This document shows positions 17,405 through 27,585 of a stretch of 64,000 bases of DNA, in pieces. The position numbers and the translations under genes were made by a program. The notes beneath the pieces are model-generated. The model made no database searches. It had not been told where the DNA came from and saw only the letters and a program-made list of their open reading frames with translations. Numbering within the stretch: position 1 is the first letter of the stretch; the number at the start of each line of letters is the position of its first letter. This DNA comes from an uncultured Spirochaetota bacterium (lineage in GTDB: Bacteria; Spirochaetota; Brevinematia; Brevinematales; JAOACQ01), in assembly GCA_963835575.1 (NCBI GenBank), contig CAWIGG010000006.1:288001-352000 (forward strand), read 5' to 3'.

Positions 17405-19765
17405 ATGGCTGATGTTGATAACAAAAAAAGAGAAAAGCTGCCCCTGATACCATTGAGGGGCATTGTCGTTTTTCCATATATGGTTGTTCCGCTTATAATC
17501 GGCAGGACAACGTCCGTCAAAGCGGTAATGCACGCGTTTGAGAACAACCTGCCGCTTTTCCTGTCCGCCCAGAAGAGCAAGGATGTTGAAAATCCCTCGG
17601 ACCAGGATATTTATGAGGTAGGCTGTATTTCCACGATCCTGGAACTGATCAATATGCCGAACGGGATGGTCAGGATCCTTGTCGAGGGCTTGAAAAGGGG
17701 AAGGGTCTCCAAATATGTGCAGGATGACGGCTTTTATCTGGCCGAGGTGGACGACCTGGAAAGCAGGGTATTGAACAGCAATGAGTTGGAAGCCCTGATC
17801 AGGACGCTTAAAGACAAGTTCGTCGAATATATCTCCCTCAATCCGAAGATCCCGAAGGAAACGGCCGCCTCGATAGTCGCGATCGACGATTCGGAAAAAT
17901 TGATAGACGCTGTTATGGCCAATATCCCGTCGCAGGTGACGGACAAGCAGGCCATCCTGGAAGAGAATGAGATAAACGAAAGGCTGACCAAAACGCTCGC
18001 GCTGGTCCATAAAGAGATCGATGTCCTGAAAATAGAGGATGATATCAACAAGCGCGTCCAGGACAGAATGGAAAAGATGCAGAAAAAATATTTTCTGAAC
18101 GAGCAGCTCAAGGAAATCCGCAAGGAACTGGACGAGGGTGAAAGCCAGGATGAAGGGATCGCCGAGCTGAAGGAAAGGATGAAGGGAAAGGAAATGCCCG
18201 AATCGGTCAAGGAAAAGTTTGAAGGGGAGCTGGAAAGGCTTTCAAAAATACCGAATATGTCGCCGGAATATACGGTCCTCTATAATTATATCGAATGGCT
18301 TGTGGACCTGCCCTGGGGCATTTACACGACCGACAATAAAGACCTGGTGGTGGCGGAAGACATCCTGGAAACAGAGCATTACGGCCTGAAGGAAGCGAAG
18401 GAAAGGATCATCGATTTTATCGCCGTGCGCCAGCTGAACCCTAAGTCCAAGGGGCCGATCATCTGCCTTGTCGGGCCTCCCGGCACAGGAAAGACATCGC
18501 TGGCGAAATCCATCGCGCACGCGCTGAACCGCAATTTTATACGTGTGTCCCTCGGGGGCGTTAGGGACGAGGCGGAAATCCGCGGCCACCGCAGGACCTA
18601 TGTCGGGGCACTGCCGGGGAAGATCGTCCAGATGATGAAGAAGGCCGGTTCGATGAACCCCGTCTTCCTGATGGATGAAATAGATAAAATGAGCATGGAT
18701 TTCCGGGGCGATCCCAGTTCGGCGCTATTGGAAGTACTGGATCCGGAGCAGAATAACGCCTTTAACGACCATTACCTCTCGCTCGATTTTGACCTTTCTT
18801 ATGTCTTCTTTCTGACTACCGCAAATAACTTATATAATATTCCCATTCCCTTAAGGGACAGGATGGAGATCATAGAAATACCCGGCTATACTGAACTGGA
18901 AAAAAAGGAGATCGCCAAGAAATTCCTCATACCCAAGCAGATGATCGAAAACGGGCTGAGCGATGTGAAGATCAATTTCACCGATAACGCCATTCTGGAC
19001 ATCGTCCGGTTTTACACAAAAGAGGCCGGGGTGAGGAACCTCGAAAGGAACGCGGGGAAGGTGATCCGGAAGATAGCCCGGGAAAAGGTGAAGCATGACA
19101 TCAAAACGGTCCAGATAAATTCGAAAAGAATTGAAAAATACCTGGGCGTCAGGAAGTTCGACTTTACCAGGGGCCAGAAGGAACCGCGCGTCGGTGTGAT
19201 AGCCGGATTGGCATGGACCGAGAACGGCGGCGACGTTCTTTATATCGAAAGCTCCATCTTTAAAGGAAAGGGCGACCTCATCCTCACGGGCCAGCTGGGG
19301 GAAGTGATGCAGGAATCGGCGAAGATCGCCTTTTCGTACGCCAAGGCCGTGGCGGAAAAATACGGCATAGACCCGGCCAAGTTCAAAACAAACGACCTGC
19401 ATATCCATGTGCCGGAAGGCGCCATACCCAAGGACGGGCCGTCCGCGGGCGTGACCATGATCAGTTCGATCATTTCCACTTACGCCGGCAAAAAGGCGAA
19501 GAACGATTACGCCATGACGGGCGAGATCACCCTCAAGGGCGATGTCCTGCCGATCGGCGGCCTTCGTGAAAAGCTCCTGGCGGCGAAGAGGGGCGGCATC
19601 TTCAGCGTCATTGTCCCGAAGAATAATGAAAAGGACATCAGCGAAATGCCGGAACAGATTTTAAAAGACCTCAACCTTTATTATGTTGAGAGGATTGAAG
19701 AGGTCCTGGAGAAGATTCTTATTGATGATAAGCCACCGGCGGCGAGGAAGAAGAAAAAATCCTGA
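17405..19765 (+). CDS. lon: Lon (endopeptidase La)
   Basis: GPPGTGKTS, RGHRRTYVG, DEIDK, PKDGPSAG, IGGLREK. Confidence 0.97.
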   Translation: MADVDNKKREKLPLIPLRGIVVFPYMVVPLIIGRTTSVKAVMHAFENNLPLFLSAQKSKDVENPSDQDIYEVGCISTILELINMPNGMVRILVEGLKRGRVSKYVQDDGFYLAEVDDLESRVLNSNELEALIRTLKDKFVEYISLNPKIPKETAASIVAIDDSEKLIDAVMANIPSQVTDKQAILEENEINERLTKTLALVHKEIDVLKIEDDINKRVQDRMEKMQKKYFLNEQLKEIRKELDEGESQDEGIAELKERMKGKEMPESVKEKFEGELERLSKIPNMSPEYTVLYNYIEWLVDLPWGIYTTDNKDLVVAEDILETEHYGLKEAKERIIDFIAVRQLNPKSKGPIICLVGPPGTGKTSLAKSIAHALNRNFIRVSLGGVRDEAEIRGHRRTYVGALPGKIVQMMKKAGSMNPVFLMDEIDKMSMDFRGDPSSALLEVLDPEQNNAFNDHYLSLDFDLSYVFFLTTANNLYNIPIPLRDRMEIIEIPGYTELEKKEIAKKFLIPKQMIENGLSDVKINFTDNAILDIVRFYTKEAGVRNLERNAGKVIRKIAREKVKHDIKTVQINSKRIEKYLGVRKFDFTRGQKEPRVGVIAGLAWTENGGDVLYIESSIFKGKGDLILTGQLGEVMQESAKIAFSYAKAVAEKYGIDPAKFKTNDLHIHVPEGAIPKDGPSAGVTMISSIISTYAGKKAKNDYAMTGEITLKGDVLPIGGLREKLLAAKRGGIFSVIVPKNNEKDISEMPEQILKDLNLYYVERIEEVLEKILIDDKPPAARKKKKS

Positions 19766-19883
19766 TTTTCAAATCATTCTTTTTATTCAATAAAGGCAAT
19801 ATTTTCACAATCATCGTGAGGCATTCATTATTTCAATTTTATTCTATTATATTTTAAACCGTCAATAATTGACGGGGAAATTA

Positions 19884-19944
19884 GCGTCTTTTTTTTCTTT
19901 TCGAGAGGCTGTGAGACAGCCTCTCGAAAAGAAAAAAAGTACGC
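19884..19944. terminator. Long bidirectional hairpin after lon (also member of a palindromic repeat family)
   Basis: gcgtc-T8-cttttcgagaggctgt-gag-acagcctctcgaaaag-A7-gtacgc. Confidence 0.6.
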
Positions 19945-19998
19945 AACCCCTTTGACTGCCAGTCGTGTCAAAATTGTTGCCGTTTAAATAAATACCAT

Positions 19999-20027
19999 TT
20001 GAATTATATAAAAAATTATCTTATAAT
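19999..20027 (+). promoter_or_regulatory. Putative sigma70 promoter of the TA operon
   Basis: TTGAAT-N17-TATAAT, 20 nt upstream of ATG 20048; AT-rich context lowers specificity. Confidence 0.45.
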
Positions 20028-20047
20028 AATATGAGCGAGGTGGTAAA

Positions 20048-20272
20048 ATGAATTATAAAGACAGGCTGGAAATAAATCCCGTCATTATGGTCGGCAAGCC
20101 GGTCATTAAGGGGACCCGCATCACCGTTGAATTATTGCTTCGGAAGCTGTCGGAAGGGATGACAATGGAGGAATTGCTCACTGCCTACCCAAACCTCAAA
20201 CACGAAGACATATACGCCGTTTTATCATATTCGGCGGATGTCATCGGCAAGGAGGAGATGCTTGTCCCTTAA
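20048..20272 (+). CDS. DUF433 family antitoxin
   Basis: GKPVIKGTRITVE...GMT.EELL.AYPNL..EDI. Confidence 0.9.
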   Translation: MNYKDRLEINPVIMVGKPVIKGTRITVELLLRKLSEGMTMEELLTAYPNLKHEDIYAVLSYSADVIGKEEMLVP

Positions 20273-20618
20273 AATCCTTGCCGATGAAAATGTCGATTTC
20301 CGGATTGTGAAACAGTTGAGAGAATCGGGAATAACTGTTTTATCGGTGCTGGAGTCCGGCTCCGGCAAATCCGATATCCAGGTAATGGAATTAGCACGGC
20401 AAAACGATGCCCTCATTTTGACGGAAGACAGTGATTTCGGGGAGCCTGTTTTTTCCTATCAATATAAGAATACCGGAATTGTTTTCATACGTTACGTCAA
20501 CGAAAATTTACAGCAAATCGTCAAAAACATCTCATCTGTCATATCGAAATACGGCATATCCCTATACAAAAAGTTTGCTGTGATAACACCGGATAAGATC
20601 AGAGTAAGAGATTTATAA
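20262..20618 (+). CDS. DUF5615 (PIN-like) toxin
   Basis: KILADENVD, SD.QV, ILTEDSDFGE, IRVR; TTG at 20262 after AGGAGG, overlapping the antitoxin stop. Confidence 0.85.
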   Translation: MSLKILADENVDFRIVKQLRESGITVLSVLESGSGKSDIQVMELARQNDALILTEDSDFGEPVFSYQYKNTGIVFIRYVNENLQQIVKNISSVISKYGISLYKKFAVITPDKIRVRDL

Positions 20619-21075
20619 GTAAAAAGTAATTAACGAGGAATGATGATAGCGCCGGACATGGGAAAACACAGACAAGAATGTCTGTGATACCGCTGGTACT
20701 GCCGGATAAGCCTTTCTCCAATTCTTGTATTAAAAAAGAATATTTTATTATGAATGAATAGAATAATAATCATAAAAGAAGCAATGCAAAACATCTGTTC
20801 CCAAGGCCATTTTCCTCTTATCCATAATCTACAATCTCGATTTATAGTCGTGTCATCTGCTAATATAATAATAGAAGAGAGGCACATGCTTGCGGCAAGG
20901 ACGCCGCAACCGACGCATAAAGCCATTGGACGGCGATATAAGGAGGCTATTTTAATCAGGGATCGTTTTTTTAAAAGCCGGATGACATACCTTCATACAA
21001 ACCGATAGCTTCGTATGAAAATGGCCTCGAAATAGGCATTTTTCTTTCGATTCACTTTCTTTTGTTTTAATGCTG

Positions 21076-22750
21076 TTGCCTGTCGGTTTTTATAACATGC
21101 TTCATGGACATACGGCAGGGTTCCCGTTAAAATAAAACGGGAGAAAAAGATGGCAAGATTTGAAAAGAACAGCCTGGAGCAGGGTGAGTTCCTCGCGATC
21201 AATATAGGCGAGCAGTTTGATGAGAATTCCAGAGAATTTATACTAAAAGAATTCATCAAAAACCGTATTAAACTGGAGGATTTCGCGGCTTACTATAAGA
21301 ACGACCATAGAGGCAGAGAGATTAAAAATCCTCGGGATGTGATCTGTGCGGTACTCTACGGTTACATTACGGGAAATCGTATCAGCCGAAAGATAGAAGA
21401 TTTGCTGAAAAAACACATTGGGTTTATGTATGTTTCAAACCGGCTGAAAATTGACCATTCGGTAATTTGCGAGTTCAAGGTACTTTTTCAGGAAAAGATC
21501 GAGGAGTTGTTCAGCCAGCTTTTATATATACTCAACGAAATGGGGTCTATAGATTGGGACATGGTAGTGGGTGACGGCACAAAGATCAAGGCCTACGCGA
21601 GTAAGAATAAGAATGTGGGAAAGAAACATACCCGGAAGCTGATGGACACTTACCAGAAGATGGCGGAAAAGATTGTGAAACAAGACCTGGAACTGGAAGA
21701 ATCTTACCGGGAAGGCAAGCTGGAGCAGCCTTATTACGAAGCGGAGAAGAAGCGGGTATCAAGGCGGAAAAAGATTTACGATAGTGTTTTGAACCAAATC
21801 GATGAATACAAAAAACAGGTAGAGAGAGGGGAAAAGACAGACGAAGAATTCACCAACCTGACTGATCCCGAAAGCAAGCTGATGTCTGGAAATCCGCATA
21901 GTGTGTTTATACAGGGATATAATTCGGCGATGATGGTCAGTAATAATGATGTGATTATAGATTTTGAAGCAATCACAACACCGGAAAAACAGCATACGGA
22001 AGAAATGGTAAAGAGGGTGGAACAGAAAAAAGCGGAATTAAAAGTTGATAAGGCTAGCAAATACCTTTTTGATTCGGGTTTTCAGGACATGGAAGAGACA
22101 ATCCGGATGGTGGAGGAAGGAAAAGACCTTTATGTGGATACGAAAGAGCGGGATTTCAGTGATAAATCACAGAAGCGAAGAGACTTTAAACTGGAAAAGA
22201 TTGATGACGAATATATCCTGGGATGCCGGGGCGGCCGTAAGGAAAATGGGTATTTAGATCGAAATAACCAAAGATATACATTTTTGTATTCACGGAAGGG
22301 CTGTGAAAGATGTCCATTTTTCAGTGAGTGTTATAAAAACATCAAACCGAAAACACAGCAAAAGACAGTAATTTTCAGTGAGTTTGAATTGAATAATCGG
22401 TCTAAGATTGATGCTTATTTAACAAAACTTTACAGCGAAGAAGGGCAAAAGATATACAACCGCAGGATAGGTAAAGAACACGTATTTTCAAACATCAAAA
22501 CACAGAAGGGTTATGTTCAGACAGTTTACAGAGGTCAACGGAAAGTGAATTTGGAGCTATGCTGGGTATCCCTTGCGCATAATTTTATGAAATATGCCCA
22601 ATATTTGAGAAAATAGAGAGGATTTTGTATAGTCTGAGTATCGATTATTCGAAATTTATTATTAAAATCAGCTAAGCTGACAAAATTTTTATTTGCCCGC
22701 TTATTGTAAGGGGCTGGTTTGACTCCGAAAATGAAATAACCGACAGGCAA
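21076..22750 (+). mobile_element. IS1182-family insertion sequence
   Basis: Terminal IRs ttgcctgtcggtt (21076-21088) / aaccgacaggcaa (22738-22750) around the transposase; sits inside a host palindrome. Confidence 0.8.
21150..22616 (+). CDS. IS1182-family DDE transposase
   Basis: SRKIE, DHSVI, DGTKIKAYAS, TDPESKLM, QGYN, DSGF, CERC...C, EHVFSNIK, AHN. Confidence 0.85.
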   Translation: MARFEKNSLEQGEFLAINIGEQFDENSREFILKEFIKNRIKLEDFAAYYKNDHRGREIKNPRDVICAVLYGYITGNRISRKIEDLLKKHIGFMYVSNRLKIDHSVICEFKVLFQEKIEELFSQLLYILNEMGSIDWDMVVGDGTKIKAYASKNKNVGKKHTRKLMDTYQKMAEKIVKQDLELEESYREGKLEQPYYEAEKKRVSRRKKIYDSVLNQIDEYKKQVERGEKTDEEFTNLTDPESKLMSGNPHSVFIQGYNSAMMVSNNDVIIDFEAITTPEKQHTEEMVKRVEQKKAELKVDKASKYLFDSGFQDMEETIRMVEEGKDLYVDTKERDFSDKSQKRRDFKLEKIDDEYILGCRGGRKENGYLDRNNQRYTFLYSRKGCERCPFFSECYKNIKPKTQQKTVIFSEFELNNRSKIDAYLTKLYSEEGQKIYNRRIGKEHVFSNIKTQKGYVQTVYRGQRKVNLELCWVSLAHNFMKYAQYLRK

Positions 22751-22859
22751 GCCGGACAAAAGAAAGTGAACATCCCCAGGCTGCCAGTCGTGACAAAAAT
22801 CCTATGATCTTATCGTAAAAAAGCTTTTTTAAGCATTTTTATAAAAATGCAGATTAAAT

Positions 22860-24848
22860 TTATTCAAGAACAGTTACCGGCACGGTTTTTTTAAATATAT
22901 AACTTTCCAGTTCAAAAACCATTTTATCAATGGTATTGAGCAGATTGTCGAGCCTGTCTTGAGGGCTTATGTGATTTTGAGGCTGTTCGTTCCGGATTTT
23001 GGAAAGAACGGCAATTCTATATTTGTTGAGTTCTTCGATAATATCTTTTATGCCGCTGGTATCGATGCTTTCAATTTTATCCTTCAGGAATTGCGTTACT
23101 TTACTGGCATATATTTGTACCAGCTCTTCCAGGTTTTTAAACGTGTTTTCAATATAATGGCTGGAATAGCGGGAGGCGGTCAGATACTTAACCTTGATTG
23201 AAGGCAATGTTTTCTTGCGGAGTGTAAAGATTTCCCGGAGCGCCTTTTTCAGATCAAGGCCCTGCACCCGGGCGGTTTTTTCACGCAGTGAAAGATTTAT
23301 TTTCTCCATGTAAGCCTTGAATCGATTGAGGACGGCCATTTTATGGTTGATCTGCTTCTCGGTGATCTTGAAGAAATGGTAGCCGTAGATGGCCTGCTGC
23401 ACCGCTTTCGGGAACGCCCCGGGCTTTTTGATAAGCACTTTAGCCAGGAACTTGAGATAATAATAACCGTGGAGGCTGAACGTCTGCAGTAAGAGCGAGC
23501 GGAAGAAAGCCATGCCGTAAGTCAGGATATTTGACAGCGATGTTTTAACTTTTGAAGAGCGGAAATTGTCCGGCATGATCATCAGCATATCGTAACAACG
23601 CTGGAAATACACTTTCGGCTTGTAGATGGTCGATATCACCCTTTTATATCCCGCGATCAGCTTTTCCGCCGGCATTGTGGGGATAAAATTCAACTCGAGG
23701 TCATGGGTATTGTTGCCGGAAGTTTCATGAAGGATCCTGTTCTCTTTTTCAAGGCGCCTGTAAAGCTGTGTCTGGGGAAGCGCGGCCATAAGGCCCACCA
23801 TGGCAGTGGGAATGGCAGACTCTTTTATAAAATCGATCTGAAGGTCGAAGATGTTTTCAGGCTCGTTGTCAAAGCCCAGTATAAAACCGGAGGACACTTC
23901 TATCCCTTTTTTTTGTATCTTATGGACGCTTTCAAGGAGCGACATCTTTGTGTTCTGCTTTTTATTGGTCAGGATCAGGGATTCCTCGACGGGGGTCTCG
24001 ATCCCGACAAAAACCATGTTGAACCGGGAAGCGGCCATCAGGTCCATCAGTTCCTCGTCCTGCGCCAGGTTGATGCTGCCTTCGGTGATAAAAGTAAAGG
24101 GCTGCTTCTTTTCTTTCTGCCATTCGATCATGCGGCGCAGAAGCTTTTTTACCTCTATCTTGTTCCCGATAAAGTTGTCGTCAACGACGAATATGGAGCC
24201 TCTGTAACCGGTATCGTATACTCTCTGCAATTCCACGGTAAACTGCTCCGGGGTTTTTGTCCGCGGCACCCGGCCGAACAGTTCAATGATGTCGCAGAAT
24301 TCGCAGTTAAAGGGGCATCCCCTGGAATACTGCAGGACCATCGATGAATATTGGTTGATATCAATGAGGTCAAACCTTGGTACCGGGGTTGTCGTTATAT
24401 CCGGTTTTGCTTCGCTCCGATATATCTTTTTGGCTTTCCCTTCTTTCAGGTCTTTAAAAAATAACGGCAATGTGATTTCCGCTTCATCCAGGACAAAATG
24501 GTCGACGCCTTTGATGCTCTGATGGGAAACGGTGGGGTGGGGGCCTCCCGCCACGACGGGTTTATTGTATTTTCTGCATAATTTGATGACTTCGTCCATG
24601 GAATCCTTCTGGACGATCATCGCCGAAATAAAAACATAATCCGCATCGATAATATCTTTGTCTTTCAAGGGGGTGATGTTTGTATTGATCAGTTTTACGT
24701 CATATTCTTCGGGAATTAAAGCCGCTACGGTCAGTAAACCGAGGGGCGGGAAATTCGTTTTTTTCCCGATAAAAGGCAGGCTGTATTCAAAACTCCAGTA
24801 TGTGCTGGGTATCTTCGGATAAACCATGAGTATCTTTTTTTTAATCAT
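22860..24848 (-). CDS. B12-binding radical SAM protein (DUF4070 type)
   Basis: PPLGLLTVAA, ISAMIVQ, GGPHP, SRGCPFNCEFCDI, VDDNFIGN, GFILGFD. Confidence 0.9.
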   Translation of the reverse strand: MIKKKILMVYPKIPSTYWSFEYSLPFIGKKTNFPPLGLLTVAALIPEEYDVKLINTNITPLKDKDIIDADYVFISAMIVQKDSMDEVIKLCRKYNKPVVAGGPHPTVSHQSIKGVDHFVLDEAEITLPLFFKDLKEGKAKKIYRSEAKPDITTTPVPRFDLIDINQYSSMVLQYSRGCPFNCEFCDIIELFGRVPRTKTPEQFTVELQRVYDTGYRGSIFVVDDNFIGNKIEVKKLLRRMIEWQKEKKQPFTFITEGSINLAQDEELMDLMAASRFNMVFVGIETPVEESLILTNKKQNTKMSLLESVHKIQKKGIEVSSGFILGFDNEPENIFDLQIDFIKESAIPTAMVGLMAALPQTQLYRRLEKENRILHETSGNNTHDLELNFIPTMPAEKLIAGYKRVISTIYKPKVYFQRCYDMLMIMPDNFRSSKVKTSLSNILTYGMAFFRSLLLQTFSLHGYYYLKFLAKVLIKKPGAFPKAVQQAIYGYHFFKITEKQINHKMAVLNRFKAYMEKINLSLREKTARVQGLDLKKALREIFTLRKKTLPSIKVKYLTASRYSSHYIENTFKNLEELVQIYASKVTQFLKDKIESIDTSGIKDIIEELNKYRIAVLSKIRNEQPQNHISPQDRLDNLLNTIDKMVFELESYIFKKTVPVTVLE

Positions 24849-24849
24849 A

Positions 24850-24920
24850 AAAACTCCTCTTTTGAAAAAAGTAAAACCAACCTTTGTAAAAAAACCATTA
24901 TCTCAAACGAAGGAGTTTTT
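24850..24920 (-). promoter_or_regulatory. Predicted 5'-UTR stem sequestering the RBS of the radical SAM gene
   Basis: Minus strand AAAACUCCU..UUUGA pairs with UCAAA..AGGAGUUUU immediately before AUG; TTGACT-N17-TAATAT promoter at 25014-24986. Confidence 0.4.
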
Positions 24921-25123
24921 AATGAATTCCGGTCCGATAAAAGATTGGAATTATTGCAAGGTGTTTTTACTTTACTATTTCATTAATATTAGTCCTTAAC
25001 TCCTATTTAGTCAAGGGATTCCATAAATATATTTGTGTCAATAATTTAGCAACTCTATAATCTGCAATATGATAGGCGCTATGGTATGTCAAAGGTTTAA
25101 CATGGCAGCTTTTGATAAGAATA

Positions 25124-26506
25124 TTATAATATGATTCTTTTCCGCGCTTCACCGCCTAATAGTTCGATGACGGTCGTGATGCCGGGGCTGGCGGTGTTCC
25201 CTGTCAATTTTATGCGGATGGCCTGGACAAGGTCGCCGAATTTGACCTGGTGTTTTTCCGAGATTACCCTTAATTTTTCCTCTATTCCGGAAGCTTCCCC
25301 GGAAATCAATCCGGAGGCTTCGGTAAAAGAATCTTTTATCGCCGTGTTTTGCATGAGTTCTTCAAAAACGAACGCGGCTTTTTCATCCGTTTTGAATTCG
25401 TCGCAGGCGAAGAAGATGACCTCGTCATACAGGTCTTTCATCGTTTTATGCCTCGGCCGGAGTGAATCCAGAGCTTTTAATAGCCATGAGGCTTCCAGCA
25501 TCCTTCCCTTCTTTTCAAGCCGGGCTTCTTTCATAAATTCCTCAAAATGCGCGGTCAATTTTTCAAGCGCTATCGTTTTAAGATGCTTGCCGTTGATCCA
25601 TATCATTTTCTCTTCATCATAAACGGCGTTCGATTTGTTCAATTTCCCGATATCGAAAAGCTCTATCAGCTTTTCGACCGTAAACACTTCATCGTTGCCA
25701 TGCGACCAGCCGAGCCTCGCGATGGCGTTCAGAAGGGCTTCCGGAAGGATTCCGAGGGCCCGGTAATACTCGATGTTTGTCGAGCCTTTCCGTTTTGAAA
25801 GGGGGCTTTTGTCTTTGTCCATCACCAGCGGAAGGTGGGCAAATTGCGGGAGGGCCAGCTTGAGATGCTCATAAAGGATGATCTGCTTGGCCGTATTGGT
25901 AATATGGTCTTCCCCGCGGATGATATGCGTGATGCCCATCAGGGCGTCGTCCACAACAACGGCGAAATTATAAGTCGGCGTGCCGCCGCTTTTCATGATC
26001 ACAAAATCGTCCAGCTCTTTTGTGCTGACGGTAATTTTATTTTTTACGATGTCCTGGAAGGCGATGTTCCGTTCTTCGCCTGTGTCCACCCTGATGGTAT
26101 ATTCGCCGGCCGGTTTTTCATATCTTTTTCTGCAGAAGCGGTCGTATTTATATTCATCCAGGCCTTTTTCCTTATTGCGCCTGACGACATCTTCCTTTGA
26201 GCAGGTGCAGTAATAAGCCTTGCCGGCCTGAATGAGCCTGTCGGCGTATTCCGGGTAGATTTCAAAGCGCCCGCTCTGTTTATAAAACTCGTCGTAGCCC
26301 ATGCCCAGCCATTTCATGTCTGCGATAATGGACTCCGTATAAATATCTTCCGAGCGGCTGAGGTCCGTGTCTTCTATTCTCAGAACGAATTTGCCGCCGC
26401 AGTGCCTGGCGTAAAGCCAGTTAAAAACGGCGGTGCGGGCGCTGCCGAGGTGGAGCCTGCCTGTCGGCGACGGTGCAAAACGGACTTTAACCACAGGTTT
26501 TTCCAT
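25124..26506 (-). CDS. gltX: Glutamate--tRNA ligase
   Basis: VRFAPSPTGRLHLG (HIGH), LRIEDTD, PTYNFAVVVDD, RGEDH, LSKR (KMSKS). Confidence 0.95.
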   Translation of the reverse strand: MEKPVVKVRFAPSPTGRLHLGSARTAVFNWLYARHCGGKFVLRIEDTDLSRSEDIYTESIIADMKWLGMGYDEFYKQSGRFEIYPEYADRLIQAGKAYYCTCSKEDVVRRNKEKGLDEYKYDRFCRKRYEKPAGEYTIRVDTGEERNIAFQDIVKNKITVSTKELDDFVIMKSGGTPTYNFAVVVDDALMGITHIIRGEDHITNTAKQIILYEHLKLALPQFAHLPLVMDKDKSPLSKRKGSTNIEYYRALGILPEALLNAIARLGWSHGNDEVFTVEKLIELFDIGKLNKSNAVYDEEKMIWINGKHLKTIALEKLTAHFEEFMKEARLEKKGRMLEASWLLKALDSLRPRHKTMKDLYDEVIFFACDEFKTDEKAAFVFEELMQNTAIKDSFTEASGLISGEASGIEEKLRVISEKHQVKFGDLVQAIRIKLTGNTASPGITTVIELLGGEARKRIIL

Positions 26507-26511
26507 ATCCG

Positions 26512-27234
26512 TTAAATCCTTCTCAGCCATTTGTCAAAACGAATTTTCCAGCATTTGAAAATAGCCTCGTTCACAATGCCGCCGCTCATTTTCGTCGTAC
26601 CCTCAAAACGGTCGCGGAATATGATCGGGACTTCCTTTATTTTGAAGCCGTGGTAGATTGTCTTGGCCTTCATTTCGATCTGGAAGGAATAACCGCTCGA
26701 GCTGATATGATCAAAGTTCATGCTTTCCAGCACTTTGCGGCTATAGCAGTTGTACCCGCCCGTCAGGTCCGTCAGCTTGACGCCGGTGGCGAAGCGGGCG
26801 TAAAAATTGCCGAAAATGCTGATGAAAAGCCTTCTCAGGTCCCAGTTTAAAACACGGACGCCGCGGACATAGCGAGAACCGCAGACAGCGTCGTATCCCT
26901 CTTTTAAAGCGTCGAAGAATAAATAGAGCTCATTGGGGTCGTGTGAGAAATCGGCGTCCATTTCGCAGACAAACTCATAGCCTTTCGGGCTTTTTAAAGC
27001 CCATTGAAAACCGGCCACATAGGCTTTGCCGAGGCCGGACTTTTTTTTCCGCTCCAGAAGATGGACCCGGCCGCTGTTTTTCATCATTGCCTTTATAACG
27101 CGGCCTGTGCCGTCGGGTGAGTTATCATCAACAACAAGCACATCAATGCCCTTGTTCTGCTTTAAAACAATAGGAACAATCTTCTTAATATTAATTGATT
27201 CATTGTATGTGGGAATAATCACCAAACCTTTCAT
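26512..27234 (-). CDS. Polyprenol monophosphomannose synthase (DPM1/Ppm1-like GT2)
   Basis: IIPTYNE, VVDDNSPDGT, EMDADFSHDP, GSRY, GYSFQIEM, EVPIIFRDR. Confidence 0.88.
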   Translation of the reverse strand: MKGLVIIPTYNESINIKKIVPIVLKQNKGIDVLVVDDNSPDGTGRVIKAMMKNSGRVHLLERKKKSGLGKAYVAGFQWALKSPKGYEFVCEMDADFSHDPNELYLFFDALKEGYDAVCGSRYVRGVRVLNWDLRRLFISIFGNFYARFATGVKLTDLTGGYNCYSRKVLESMNFDHISSSGYSFQIEMKAKTIYHGFKIKEVPIIFRDRFEGTTKMSGGIVNEAIFKCWKIRFDKWLRRI

Positions 27235-27331
27235 ACAAACCGCCCTTAAATTGAATTGGTCATAATTGTACCATGAAACGATTATTTTGGCAATTTGTCG
27301 TTAGAGGAAGCTTAAGTTGAAATAGAAGGAA

Positions 27332-27548
27332 CGGAACCACAGATTTCACAGAAAACACAGATTATGGGTTCGAAACAATTCAGTGAATCCTTTTGTTATA
27401 AATATAGAAAAGAAACGAAAAATGATATGCGAAATAGAAAATTATTGTAGAAGCGATTTAATTGTAATCAATAAAATTTATATTTTCCTATAATTCAGTA
27501 TGGATTCCACAGAATAAATCTGTGAAATCGGTGAAATCTGTGGTTCCG
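27332..27548. repeat. Inverted-repeat element with CACAGATT triplet arms (no nested insert recognised)
   Basis: cggaaccacagatttcacagaaaacacagatt (27332-27363) / aatctgtgaaatcggtgaaatctgtggttccg (27517-27548), AT-rich interior. Confidence 0.8.
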
Positions 27549-27585
27549 ATTCGTATTTTAAAATCTCAAGGCTGTTGGCTAAGTA

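Noticed and set aside
16834..18010. Long antisense ORFs (248 and 245 aa) over clpX/lon, and similar shadows over other genes
   Set aside because: They lie opposite well-conserved genes and show no recognisable motifs; expected codon-bias shadows
20630..21008. Short ORFs 20630-20926 (-) and 20754-21008 (+)
   Set aside because: No motifs or convincing RBS; the region includes repeat-like hairpins adjoining the IS1182 target palindrome
27332..27548. Triplet repeats as a CRISPR array
   Set aside because: Units are 9-10 nt, tandem without unique spacers, and paired in inverted orientation; no cas genes in the window
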